This document shows positions 47,959-57,370 of a DNA stretch of 64,000 nucleotides, piece by piece (position 1 is the first letter of the stretch; the number at the start of each line of letters is the position of its first letter). Under the pieces are notes generated by a model. The model did not search any database. It was not told where the DNA came from and saw only the letters and a program-made list of their open reading frames with translations. The position numbers and the translations under genes were made by a program. Source of the stretch: Minisyncoccia bacterium (GTDB taxonomy: Bacteria; Patescibacteriota; Minisyncoccia; Phycocordibacterales; Phycocordibacteraceae); assembly GCA_038212075.1 (NCBI GenBank), contig JBBQUV010000001.1, positions 99,200 to 163,199 on the forward strand, given 5' to 3'.

Positions 47959-48820
47959 ATACGGTTGTTTCGGACAAACTGTTAATTTCCGAGAGTATAG
48001 CGCCAATTCGTTCCGGTGTAACGCCAAACTTTCGCAAGACAGTTCGGTGCTCAAGAAGCATTGCTGAAGTTACAATTCCCTGGTCTACCAGAAGGCGTTT
48101 TTCAGACCGTTTTAGATTTGTAAGCGTCGTGACGGGATAAATACCAGCGCTGATAATACGATCGTATAAATTGCCCTCATCGGGGAAACTCCAGCCAAGA
48201 AGTTCTAGGCCGGCGCACATAGAATATTCAATGGCCTGACTCGTGAATTTAGTATTTGTAATAAGCATTCCGCGTCCAATAGGACAATTGCGTACGCGCG
48301 GATCGCAATGCCAAATATCTTCAAACCGCGCTTTCACATAGAGTGCTGTTTTTACATCCGTTTTATAAAACGCATCGTTGTGGTATTTCAGTTCTGCGGC
48401 AAGCGTCTCTTTTCCGCGTGTCGCGTACACATCTACTTCGTGGGTAACACACTTTCCTTGTATAATCTTGCGCCACTCCACATTCCACCCTTCGGCTTTA
48501 AACAGTTGCGCAACAAAATCTTCAAACGGATGTCCTGAAGGACCGAACTCAAGAAGCGCACGACGGAGAGCATAGCGTGCGGCAACCGAACGTGCTTCGC
48601 GGCGCAACATGGCAAATGCTTTGCGATAAATTTCTTGAGATCGCACCTCGCTCCCCATGGCGGCCGTAATGGTGTGCGTAATGCGTTCTGCGGTATGTAT
48701 GCCTGCGCCAGCATGACGCAGTGACGCAATCAATTTTTCTCCATCAAATCGTTCAATCGAACCGTCGGTTTTAACGATGGATGCGGCACTTTTTGAACGT
48801 ACAGTGAATCCTTGTGGCAT
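47948..48820 (-). CDS. ATP-cone domain fused to PD-(D/E)XK (Mrr-like) restriction endonuclease domain
   Basis: N-terminal ATP-cone (IVKTDGSIERFDGEKLIASLRHAG), then a nuclease core with D...ExK (HEVDVYA...AAELKYH). Confidence 0.65.
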   Translation of the reverse strand: MPQGFTVRSKSAASIVKTDGSIERFDGEKLIASLRHAGAGIHTAERITHTITAAMGSEVRSQEIYRKAFAMLRREARSVAARYALRRALLEFGPSGHPFEDFVAQLFKAEGWNVEWRKIIQGKCVTHEVDVYATRGKETLAAELKYHNDAFYKTDVKTALYVKARFEDIWHCDPRVRNCPIGRGMLITNTKFTSQAIEYSMCAGLELLGWSFPDEGNLYDRIISAGIYPVTTLTNLKRSEKRLLVDQGIVTSAMLLEHRTVLRKFGVTPERIGAILSEINSLSETTVYDA

Positions 48821-48822
48821 AG

Positions 48823-49227
48823 CTAAGGAGTCGTCGTTGCGAATGCGCCATTCGTGTAAAGCATGACAGGAGCGTTTGCGGGCGCAGACACTGAAAGAGT
48901 GAAGGTGTGCGGTGTAAGAAGCTGTAAACACATTCCTTCATCCACCGGCGCCGCAAGGTCTACACGAATCGTGGGCGTACTTGTACTGTCAACAAGTGAG
49001 CTGGTAGCTGAAAGTGCCGTACAGGCCGTCGGCACACTCGCCGTCACCCGCACAGTATGAACACCTTTCGAGTATTTATTGGTGAGCTGTATCTCCGTAA
49101 TGGCCGCGTTACCCGAATCAAGCATTGGTGTTTCTGGAGCGGTGCTCTCCGTAATATGAAACACGAAGACTCCAAACGCAATGATTACGACCACTAAAAA
49201 GATTCCTGTCGCCATCCACTTCTTCAT
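48823..49227 (-). CDS. hypothetical secreted protein (134 aa)
   Basis: Signal-anchor followed by a Ser/Thr/Ala-rich domain. Confidence 0.45.
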   Translation of the reverse strand: MKKWMATGIFLVVVIIAFGVFVFHITESTAPETPMLDSGNAAITEIQLTNKYSKGVHTVRVTASVPTACTALSATSSLVDSTSTPTIRVDLAAPVDEGMCLQLLTPHTFTLSVSAPANAPVMLYTNGAFATTTP

Positions 49228-49241
49228 ACGCCTATTCTACC

Positions 49242-50276
49242 TCACTCCTCTATCACTGCACCACCAACCAACGTTTCGCCTCGATAAAACACCACGGATT
49301 GCCCAGGGGCACACTGTTCGGAAAGTGGTTTTATAGGCGTGAATGTATGGGAGGACGTGTCCAGTATTCCCTCTACTAATGGACCATGGTACCGAGTCTG
49401 AGCAGATACAGCACCTTCTGTAGACGTAAACCAATGTAGGTTTGAAAAACGGATAGAGTTATGTATCTTTCCTGACCGGAATGGAGTGTTTGCGACCATC
49501 AGTGTATTTTTTTGAATATCTTTTTTCATTACATACCACGGGCCGGGCGGTGCGCCTTGTATATTGGCTCGCTCGCCAAGGGTGTAGCTTATGGCACCTT
49601 CGTGCGTGCCCATTTCTGATCCTGTTTCGTCATAGGCATTACCACGAGTGAGTCCAATTTCTGAGCGCAGGAAGTCTTCTATGGAAACAGCGCCAAGAAA
49701 ACAGATGCCTTGGCTGTCTCGCTTCTGTGCAACCGGTAGTGCGTATCGAGCCGCTAGCGCACGTACATCGGTTTTATGGAGATTTCCAAGAGGAAAAAGA
49801 AGCGACGGAAGCGTCTCTTTTGATATCGCCCATAAAAAATAGCTCTGATCTTTTGCCGTATCGATACCTCGCAATAATGCACCGTCAACTACTCGCGCGT
49901 AATGCCCCGTCGCTACAAAATCTGCACCGTGTTTTTTAGCAAACGTATAAAATGCACCAAACTTAACATCACGATTGCAAAAAATATCAGGGTTCGGCGT
50001 TCTTCCCACAGCATATTCGCGCACCAAGTAATCAATGACACTTTTTTTGTATTCAACCGATGCATCAAGTGTGACAAAAGGAATATGTAGTTTCGCCGCA
50101 ACGCGCATAGCGTCACGACGATCCTCAGCCCACGTACAGGGCAACTCGGGCGGATACCACCCCTTTATGAAAACACCGGTTACCTCCGCTCCCTCAGCCT
50201 GAAGCAGTGCGGCGGTGACCGCAGAATCTACGCCGCCAGAAAGCCCAACAAACACTTTTTTAACTTTCACGTTCAT
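49242..50276 (-). CDS. mnmA: tRNA-specific 2-thiouridylase
   Basis: PP-loop SGGVDS at the N-terminus, catalytic Cys region, 344 aa. Confidence 0.9.
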   Translation of the reverse strand: MNVKVKKVFVGLSGGVDSAVTAALLQAEGAEVTGVFIKGWYPPELPCTWAEDRRDAMRVAAKLHIPFVTLDASVEYKKSVIDYLVREYAVGRTPNPDIFCNRDVKFGAFYTFAKKHGADFVATGHYARVVDGALLRGIDTAKDQSYFLWAISKETLPSLLFPLGNLHKTDVRALAARYALPVAQKRDSQGICFLGAVSIEDFLRSEIGLTRGNAYDETGSEMGTHEGAISYTLGERANIQGAPPGPWYVMKKDIQKNTLMVANTPFRSGKIHNSIRFSNLHWFTSTEGAVSAQTRYHGPLVEGILDTSSHTFTPIKPLSEQCAPGQSVVFYRGETLVGGAVIEE

Positions 50277-50316
50277 ACCGTGACCATACCACTTGTGGCT
50301 GACGGTGCCAAAAGTA

Positions 50317-51324
50317 CTAGTCTAGGTACTTCGCACGGTTTATTTTGTGCTCAGCAAAGGTTTTTGCGTAATGCATTAGTCCATCTTGACCCGTTAGGTA
50401 ATAGAGCGCGTCGGTTTTTATAGGTGTAACCGCGGCATAGATAGAGTTCGCGCTTGGGTTTCCAATGGGACCGGGCGGAAGCCCTTTGTGCGTGTAGGTG
50501 TTATAGCTTGAATCTGTTTTTAGTTCACTAAATCTTGGACTGTACGTATCCCGGTCGTTAATGTATCCGAACACCGCATCTACTTGAAGCGGCATGCCGA
50601 GGCTAATGCGGTTCCATAAAATACCCGCAACCATTTGCTTCTCACTTACCGAGCGTGCTTCTTTTTCAAGAAGCGAGGCCATAATTAAGTCGTCTTGGAG
50701 CGGTTTATTAAACGCCGTGACTACGGAAGCAAGGTCTGCTTCATGCGTTTTAAAATTGTCATACATTTTTGCCACTACTTCGTCCGAAGTAGTATCAGGA
50801 TAAAAGAAATACGTATCGGGGTAGAGATATCCTTCCAGAGGAACGGCTTGTGCAAGGAAGGCATTGGTATTGAAATCAGGAAATGCCGCAGTCAGCTGAC
50901 GCGCCATATCACGCACGGTCGCACCTTCTCTGAAAGTAATACGCGTTGCGGTAATGCCAAATACACCACCTTCTACCCGCGATTCTATTCCAAATAACCC
51001 CGCAGGGCTTGCAAACACGTATCTACCTGCTTTTGCACTGCCACCCCGAAGTCGTCCGAGTACGGTAAACAGAAAAGGTGAGCGAATCACATGTTGCTCG
51101 GCAAGGCGTGCTCCAATACTAGTGAAACTTGAACCTTCGGTGACGTTTATAATTTTACCAACAGGAAAGTCTGACGGTGGCGCAAGAAAAATATACCAAC
51201 CAGAAAGCACGAGTACAGCAACCGCAAGTATCGCTGAAAGATATTCAGTTTTTAACCGCGACACGTTCATTTCTATAACGGCAAATGTTGTTTTTGCCAT
51301 TTGTATAAAGAGTGAGTCGTTCAT
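50317..51324 (-). CDS. mltG: endolytic murein transglycosylase MltG (YceG family)
   Basis: N-terminal TM helix, then a YceG-like domain (YPDTYFFYPDTT..., LQVDAVFGY). Confidence 0.8.
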   Translation of the reverse strand: MNDSLFIQMAKTTFAVIEMNVSRLKTEYLSAILAVAVLVLSGWYIFLAPPSDFPVGKIINVTEGSSFTSIGARLAEQHVIRSPFLFTVLGRLRGGSAKAGRYVFASPAGLFGIESRVEGGVFGITATRITFREGATVRDMARQLTAAFPDFNTNAFLAQAVPLEGYLYPDTYFFYPDTTSDEVVAKMYDNFKTHEADLASVVTAFNKPLQDDLIMASLLEKEARSVSEKQMVAGILWNRISLGMPLQVDAVFGYINDRDTYSPRFSELKTDSSYNTYTHKGLPPGPIGNPSANSIYAAVTPIKTDALYYLTGQDGLMHYAKTFAEHKINRAKYLD

Positions 51325-52754
51325 TATGTGGGAAGGTTGGACGGTGCTTCTGTCGTTGCTGACTGAATACGGGGCAAATTTGGTGCCGCAACCGTTGATG
51401 AAGGAATGTGAAAGAGTGAGGCAATTTCTTCGTTACTCATCTGCATATACGGTCCAATATACGGGAAATGAAAATATGAACGCCGACGCGCAAATTCAAG
51501 CGCTTCCTCCATTAAGTGCTGACGACGGGTACCCTTCGGGTCTTCCCATGGAAAGTCGTTCAATTCTTCAGAGAAAAGCGTGGCAGGTTTTAGATAATTC
51601 AACTGTTCTGAAGTATAGGGTCGGAATATTTGCGTAACAAATGCGCCAATATAATCGCGGTAGTGCCCTTCTTTTGCAAAGTAAATGGAACGAATGCCAA
51701 CATCCCACCCAGGCTTTGCGACATTGCGCTCAATGGCGGCCATTGTTTCGCTGTCACCCTTGCTTGGGTTTGGAAAGCCGTCAGATTCTCGTTTTTCGTG
51801 AGTAACGGGGTCGGTAAAGATTGTTTTTTTAACGGTACTTTCTTTAATTTTTTTAATTTCTTCTTTTGCTTCATCACGCCACGTGTATCGCTTGCCGTCC
51901 TTGTACACACTTTCATACCCGTGTTTTTCACCTTTCGTATAGCGAATCATAATGTGAATCCACAATTGTTCGTTTGGACCCAGTGACCCCAAAAACTCAA
52001 TCACTTGCGCCATGGGATCAGTTACCTCTTCCGGTTCCGGTGCTGGTTGTTTATCCATCAAATAATCCACGTACGTTTTAATAGGGTACGGACTTGGTTT
52101 ATCTTTTTTATATTCGCAGGCAAACATTTGGTACGGTGGCTGTGTCGGGTCAACAAGACGCGTATAGTCCACCGCCTCCACTACTTCAATGCCAGGATAT
52201 TGTGCATAGAAATACGTTTCAACAATATGCCGCATTGGTGCACGCACCCATACATATAAATGCACGCGTCCACCAAGCGACACCATTTCAAGCGAATACC
52301 ATACGCGTGTGCGGCCAAGCCACCAGCGCTTGTACCACGTCCCTTGTCCCGGGGCGATGTGAATGTTGGACAGAATTACTTCCATGGAAAGCGGGGATTT
52401 CAATGTTTCTCGAGGGATACGCAATTCAAGAAGTACGTTGCGTTGCGCCACGTTAAAACCATACTGTCGCGAATCTACCCACCGCACCCATGCATTTTTA
52501 CCAAGAAGAAAAGTAAGCCATACCGGTGAAAGGAGCATCACCATTTGAAAGTTGTACAGCGCTTGTTGCGGGTACAAAACAACAAAAATGACGTTCACTA
52601 CCGCAAACGGTATGGAAATCGCATTAAACGGGATTTTAAGTCCATTTTCTTCGTGGAGTTTGTGCCGGATGCCGTCAACAAATGAAAACAACGGCAAACT
52701 AAGTCCACCTCCTTTTCCGCCAGTACCTGACATTGCAAAAAGTATACCACCCAC
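51324..52754 (-). CDS. hypothetical membrane protein (476 aa), translationally coupled to mltG
   Basis: Two N-terminal TM helices then an about 380-aa soluble domain. The stop overlaps the mltG start (ATGA). No recognisable domain. Confidence 0.55.
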   Translation of the reverse strand: MGGILFAMSGTGGKGGGLSLPLFSFVDGIRHKLHEENGLKIPFNAISIPFAVVNVIFVVLYPQQALYNFQMVMLLSPVWLTFLLGKNAWVRWVDSRQYGFNVAQRNVLLELRIPRETLKSPLSMEVILSNIHIAPGQGTWYKRWWLGRTRVWYSLEMVSLGGRVHLYVWVRAPMRHIVETYFYAQYPGIEVVEAVDYTRLVDPTQPPYQMFACEYKKDKPSPYPIKTYVDYLMDKQPAPEPEEVTDPMAQVIEFLGSLGPNEQLWIHIMIRYTKGEKHGYESVYKDGKRYTWRDEAKEEIKKIKESTVKKTIFTDPVTHEKRESDGFPNPSKGDSETMAAIERNVAKPGWDVGIRSIYFAKEGHYRDYIGAFVTQIFRPYTSEQLNYLKPATLFSEELNDFPWEDPKGTRRQHLMEEALEFARRRSYFHFPYIGPYMQMSNEEIASLFHIPSSTVAAPNLPRIQSATTEAPSNLPT

Positions 52755-52792
52755 AAAACAAATACCGAGGCATATGCCTCGGTATTTGTTTT
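52755..52792 (-). terminator. terminator (16-bp perfect palindrome)
   Basis: aacaaataccgaggca-ta-tgcctcggtatttgtt with T-rich 3' arm. Confidence 0.6.
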
Positions 52793-52809
52793 GTTCTTTG
52801 CGGCCTTGG

Positions 52810-53880
52810 TTAGACCGCGGCGTACTTGCCTTCTTTGGTGCGTTTAAAGTAACGCGTGTCGTTAAGATTCACCAAGATAGTGTTGTCTTTTACGTAGCGA
52901 ACCTTCTTTACTTCTTCCATGACGCGTTCGCGCGTAAGAGCACCTTGTGCTTTTAGAATGTCGCGAATAACATCACGCACCACTCCTGGTTGGTAGCCCC
53001 ATTCTGCAAGCGCATAGAGGCCACGACCAACAAGTACGAAACGAGGATCTTTGATCAATTCGTTGTGTGTCGTTGCAACATGTGCCTTCTTTGCAAACAT
53101 AGTGCTGATGGTTTTTGCAACATCAGAGAAGTGCATTGGCTTACCGTGTTGCTTGATAACGAGAAACGCGTAGTCGCGGATTCCTTTTGTTCGAATGGTT
53201 GGACTTGCGGCACGACCCCATTCTGAAAGAGGATTCGATGCGATGGTCTTTGAAAGGGAGAGCCAACGCTTCATTATTTCTTCGTTTTTGTAGGCATCGT
53301 TTACACCCTTAAGTTCATCAAGGAAACGGTCAAGAAGTTCGCCTTCCGGAAGCACGTCGCTGTCTTCAAGTGACGCATAGAGTGAAGAGAGTGCTTCATG
53401 CACTTTTTCTGCAGTCGTTGCATCAACATGCCATCGAGCATAGAAATCATCGGTTTCGCGTTCGCGGAAAAAGGCACTTCCTACAACGAGGAAGAAGCGG
53501 TAACGATTGCGAGTTTTTTCGTCTTTGGTAAGCCCAGCAAGAAGTTCATCTTCAGGAACGATCCCACCAAGAGACTCAATGTGGGAACGGAGTGTTTCAA
53601 AAACGGGCTCTGCGTCTTTAAATGATTTACTTGCACGAACAGCGTCAAGACCAGCGCCTTCAATCTGACGAACGCGCTCGCGAGTAATACCCCAACCCTC
53701 GCCGATTTCCTCAAGCGTCTGACGGTCTGCCGATGTACCAAGGCCAAAACGGAAGGTAAGAACCTCGCGGGCACGGTCAGGAACTTCAGAAAGAAGTTTT
53801 TTAGTAAGGGCGGTTGTGTCCATAGAAAACGCCGCGGGAGTAGTTTTTTTCTTTGAAGGGGTGGTTCCGGTTTTTGCCAT
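52810..53880 (-). CDS. sigma-70 region 4-like HTH fused to C-terminal HARE-HTH domain protein
   Basis: N-terminal VLTFRFGLG...TLEEIGEGWGITRERVRQIE (sigma region 4.2) and a C-terminal segment (...DPRFVLVGRGLYALAEWGY) matching the HARE-HTH signature of RNAP delta-like proteins. Confidence 0.6.
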   Translation of the reverse strand: MAKTGTTPSKKKTTPAAFSMDTTALTKKLLSEVPDRAREVLTFRFGLGTSADRQTLEEIGEGWGITRERVRQIEGAGLDAVRASKSFKDAEPVFETLRSHIESLGGIVPEDELLAGLTKDEKTRNRYRFFLVVGSAFFRERETDDFYARWHVDATTAEKVHEALSSLYASLEDSDVLPEGELLDRFLDELKGVNDAYKNEEIMKRWLSLSKTIASNPLSEWGRAASPTIRTKGIRDYAFLVIKQHGKPMHFSDVAKTISTMFAKKAHVATTHNELIKDPRFVLVGRGLYALAEWGYQPGVVRDVIRDILKAQGALTRERVMEEVKKVRYVKDNTILVNLNDTRYFKRTKEGKYAAV

Positions 53881-53923
53881 AAATGAAATGTGTTGTTATT
53901 TATACCAAATAGACCTATTTTAG

Positions 53924-56350
53924 TCAATCCACCACTATATTGATGATTTTACTGCGTACATAGACTACGCGTTTTGGTGTCTTACCTGCTATTGCCGTTA
54001 GTACCGTAGGTAGCTGGAGCGCCATGGCCACCACGTTAACCTCTTCCATGTCCGGAGCAATGCTGATATCGCCACGACGTTTACCGTTCACTTGCACGGG
54101 TACGGTTACCGTATCTGTCTCAAGCAACCGAGGGTCATACACTGGGCGTGTGGACGAGTGAATACTCCCCTCTCCGCCCGTTTTGTCCCAGAGTTCTTCA
54201 GCAAGGTGCGGCGCAAACGGGGCAAGCATTTTCAGTACATCCTGATAGGCGGTGTTTGGTACAGAAGTGAGGCCTTCCATGTCTCGCACAAGAACCATGA
54301 GCGCCGAAAGTGCGGTATTGAATTTAAATCGTTCGCTATCGCCAGCGCTTTTTGCTTCCGCTTTTGCGAGCATACGTAGTACCTCTTGCGATACTTCAGT
54401 GTCGGCACTCTTTTCCATAAGAGCAACCACTCGTTCCAAAAACCGACGCATCGCAGAGACGCCATCCAAATTCCATGGATAGTGCCCCGCTTCGTTGTAG
54501 GGACCAATAAAGGCAAGATACATACGTACGGCGTCGGTGCCAAATTCCTTCACTACGTCATCTGGGTTCACGACATTGCCCCATCGCTTGCTCATCTTTT
54601 GCCCATCGGTACCAAGAATAATGCCTCGATTGAAACGTTCATTAAATGGCTCCGATGTTGGGACGAGAGCCATGTCGTAAAGCGCTTTATGGAAGAAGCG
54701 CGCGTACAAAAGATGCATGGTGGTGTGTTCGCTCCCACCCGAATAACGATTCACCGGAAGCCATTTTTTCAGCATGGCTTGGTCAGAAAAATCGTGGTTG
54801 TCCTTTGGGTCAAGGTAGCGCAAGAAGTACCACGAAGAGTCTACGAACGTATCAAGAGTGTCGTATTCCGGTGTCCATCCTTCGCCAAAAATGCGTATCA
54901 CCCGTTCGTGAAGTTCTTTTGACGATGCAAGGGGAGCTTTGCCAGTGGGAGTGAAGTCTACATCTGTTGGGAGCGTCCACGGCAAATGCTCAGGTGGCAC
55001 CAAATGCGGCATACCTTCAGGGTCATAGACCACAGGAATCGGGCATCCCCAGTAACGCTGGCGCGAGACAAGCCAGTCGCGAATGCGGTAATTGGTGACT
55101 GCGACACCGCCTGCTTTTGCCACAATGTCCGCCATCGCCTCACGATTATTGCGTCCCGAAAATTCTCCAGAAGCAACGAGGGTTCCGTCACCCGTGAAGC
55201 ACTCTTCTTCATTTTTTGATGCAACAACCTGTAGGTGTGGGAGTGCATGTTTTTTTGCAAACACAAAATCACGTTCGTCGTGTGCAGGTACGGCCATCAC
55301 CGCGCCCGTACCATACGAACCAAGCACGTAGTCGGCAACATATAGGGGAATCTTTTCACCGCTTACTGGATTTACCGCCATCACCCCTTCAAGGCGCACG
55401 CCGGTTTTTTCTTTATTTTCTGAACGTTCTCGCTCGGTTTTCCGCTTGGTCATTTCAATATACGCCGCCACGTCCGGTTCGTTCTCAAGCACTTCAAGAA
55501 GTTCATTCAACAGCTTGTGTTCCGGAGCAAGCACCACATAGGTAACGCCATAAAGCGTGTCGGGGCGGGTAGTGAAGACTTCAATAGACACATCTGGAAT
55601 TGCCGCCACATCTTCAGAGGAAGCTTCGGCCGAAGGAACGACCTTGAATGAAAGTTTTGCGCCTTCCGACTTTCCTATCCATGCACGCTGAGCATCTTTG
55701 ATGTCTTCACGCCACGGAAGCGCATCTAAGTCAGTAAGGAGACGTTCCGCGTAGTCGGTTATTTTCATAAACCACTGCGTCAGGCGTTTCTCCACCACTT
55801 CTGTACCGCAACGTTCGCATTTGCCGTCCACCACCTGTTCATTTGCAAGTACGGTTTGATCTTTCGGGCACCATTTGACCGGTGCTTCACGACGCTCCAC
55901 AAGCTTGTGTTCAAACAGTTTCGCAAAAAGCCACTGCGTCCACTTGTAGTACTCCGGATCGCTCGTCACTACTTCTTTACTCCAGTCCAAAGACGTTCCC
56001 ATCGTACGAATTTGCGCACGCATGCGATCCATATTTTGATAGGTCCACTCTTTTGGGTCAGCGCCATTTTTCATAGCGGCGTTTTCAGCCGGAAGTCCAA
56101 ATGAGTCAAACCCAATAGGGAAAAGCACGTTCTTTCCCTTCATGCGCAGATATCGCGCATAGATATCGGTTACGGCGAAGGCATACCAGTGACCAATATG
56201 AAGATCGCCGGATGGATACGGAAATTCAAATAACAGGTAATACGGCTCTTTCTCAGTATTGGTGAGATCCGTGGTGTACAAGTCGAGTGCCGCCCATTTT
56301 TCTTGAGCGCGCTTTTCTATTTCCTGATGATCGTATCGTGGCATGGGCAC
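53924..56350 (-). CDS. leuS: leucyl-tRNA synthetase
   Basis: PYPSGDLHIGH HIGH motif, KMSKR (KMSKS), editing (CP1) insertion; 808 aa. Confidence 0.92.
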   Translation of the reverse strand: MPMPRYDHQEIEKRAQEKWAALDLYTTDLTNTEKEPYYLLFEFPYPSGDLHIGHWYAFAVTDIYARYLRMKGKNVLFPIGFDSFGLPAENAAMKNGADPKEWTYQNMDRMRAQIRTMGTSLDWSKEVVTSDPEYYKWTQWLFAKLFEHKLVERREAPVKWCPKDQTVLANEQVVDGKCERCGTEVVEKRLTQWFMKITDYAERLLTDLDALPWREDIKDAQRAWIGKSEGAKLSFKVVPSAEASSEDVAAIPDVSIEVFTTRPDTLYGVTYVVLAPEHKLLNELLEVLENEPDVAAYIEMTKRKTERERSENKEKTGVRLEGVMAVNPVSGEKIPLYVADYVLGSYGTGAVMAVPAHDERDFVFAKKHALPHLQVVASKNEEECFTGDGTLVASGEFSGRNNREAMADIVAKAGGVAVTNYRIRDWLVSRQRYWGCPIPVVYDPEGMPHLVPPEHLPWTLPTDVDFTPTGKAPLASSKELHERVIRIFGEGWTPEYDTLDTFVDSSWYFLRYLDPKDNHDFSDQAMLKKWLPVNRYSGGSEHTTMHLLYARFFHKALYDMALVPTSEPFNERFNRGIILGTDGQKMSKRWGNVVNPDDVVKEFGTDAVRMYLAFIGPYNEAGHYPWNLDGVSAMRRFLERVVALMEKSADTEVSQEVLRMLAKAEAKSAGDSERFKFNTALSALMVLVRDMEGLTSVPNTAYQDVLKMLAPFAPHLAEELWDKTGGEGSIHSSTRPVYDPRLLETDTVTVPVQVNGKRRGDISIAPDMEEVNVVAMALQLPTVLTAIAGKTPKRVVYVRSKIINIVVD

Positions 56351-56353
56351 TCG

Positions 56354-57370
56354 TTAGGTACGGGGGACCATGTACTTATTACGGATTGAGATGGAGAGAT
56401 ACCCTACTGCCATCATGCCGAGTCCCGCAATAACGAGAGCAGTGGGCCACCCAAGCCCGCTTGAGAAATACTCTGATGTTATTTTGATGATGTAACCCAT
56501 GAGAAAGAGGGTCCCAAATACCAAAAGCGCGCGGCTCTTGAGGTAGGTGCTTGCGAAAAGCGTACCGAACGCAAGAAGCGGAAACACGAGCTCCCAGAAC
56601 ACATTTTGGCTTGGATCCCAACCTCCAAGAGCAAGCGCGGCGCCAAGGAAACCAAGAATACCGAACCCATACAGAAAGCCTGAAAGTGAAGATTCGTCTC
56701 GGCTTGAAAAGTGATATCCAAGCGCAAGATATGCCATGCCGCTTGCAAGTATCCGGTACTCGTAAAACTCAGTACCATCCCAAAGTGGAGCTGATCCTAC
56801 AAGATAGCTCGTGAACGAAAAGAAAAGCCAAGTACCATATACAACTGCAAAGAACGAGAATATCCCGTTACGCAAAAGATACGCAGAAGCTAGGTAGCCG
56901 AGCAGTAGCACAGCAGCCATCACTGACTGAACGCCCATCCCTCCTACGTCGACTCCAGCGTTATCAAGTACAACAAAGAACCCGACTGGGAACAGGAGCG
57001 CCGCTATCAGATGGAAAGCAGTGCCAATTGATTCTGTGCGCTCTTCGCGAATTAAAAGTAGCCCAACAATATACGCCGCGATCGCCGCGCCAAGTGTTGC
57101 GAGGAGCTTCGTCGCAAAGGTGAGCGTCGTCCAATTCTGAGCAAGTAATATAGCGATACCGAGGAGCACGATACCGCCGCCAATAAAATACAGGACTTCT
57201 GTAATCCCTACTTTATGCCCAGTAACTGATAAATCGACTGTAGGCATTGGTCCCGAACCGACTTCATATGCCGCAATAAGCTCACTACGGGTTACTGTGC
57301 CCGATTGCCCGAGCGACTGTATGTACGCCAATGCTTCTTGTTTTGTAGACATGATTAGTTGATTATCCAT
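56354..57370 (-). CDS. hypothetical polytopic membrane protein (about 9 TM)
   Basis: Strongly hydrophobic 338-aa ORF. Confidence 0.55.
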   Translation of the reverse strand: MDNQLIMSTKQEALAYIQSLGQSGTVTRSELIAAYEVGSGPMPTVDLSVTGHKVGITEVLYFIGGGIVLLGIAILLAQNWTTLTFATKLLATLGAAIAAYIVGLLLIREERTESIGTAFHLIAALLFPVGFFVVLDNAGVDVGGMGVQSVMAAVLLLGYLASAYLLRNGIFSFFAVVYGTWLFFSFTSYLVGSAPLWDGTEFYEYRILASGMAYLALGYHFSSRDESSLSGFLYGFGILGFLGAALALGGWDPSQNVFWELVFPLLAFGTLFASTYLKSRALLVFGTLFLMGYIIKITSEYFSSGLGWPTALVIAGLGMMAVGYLSISIRNKYMVPRT

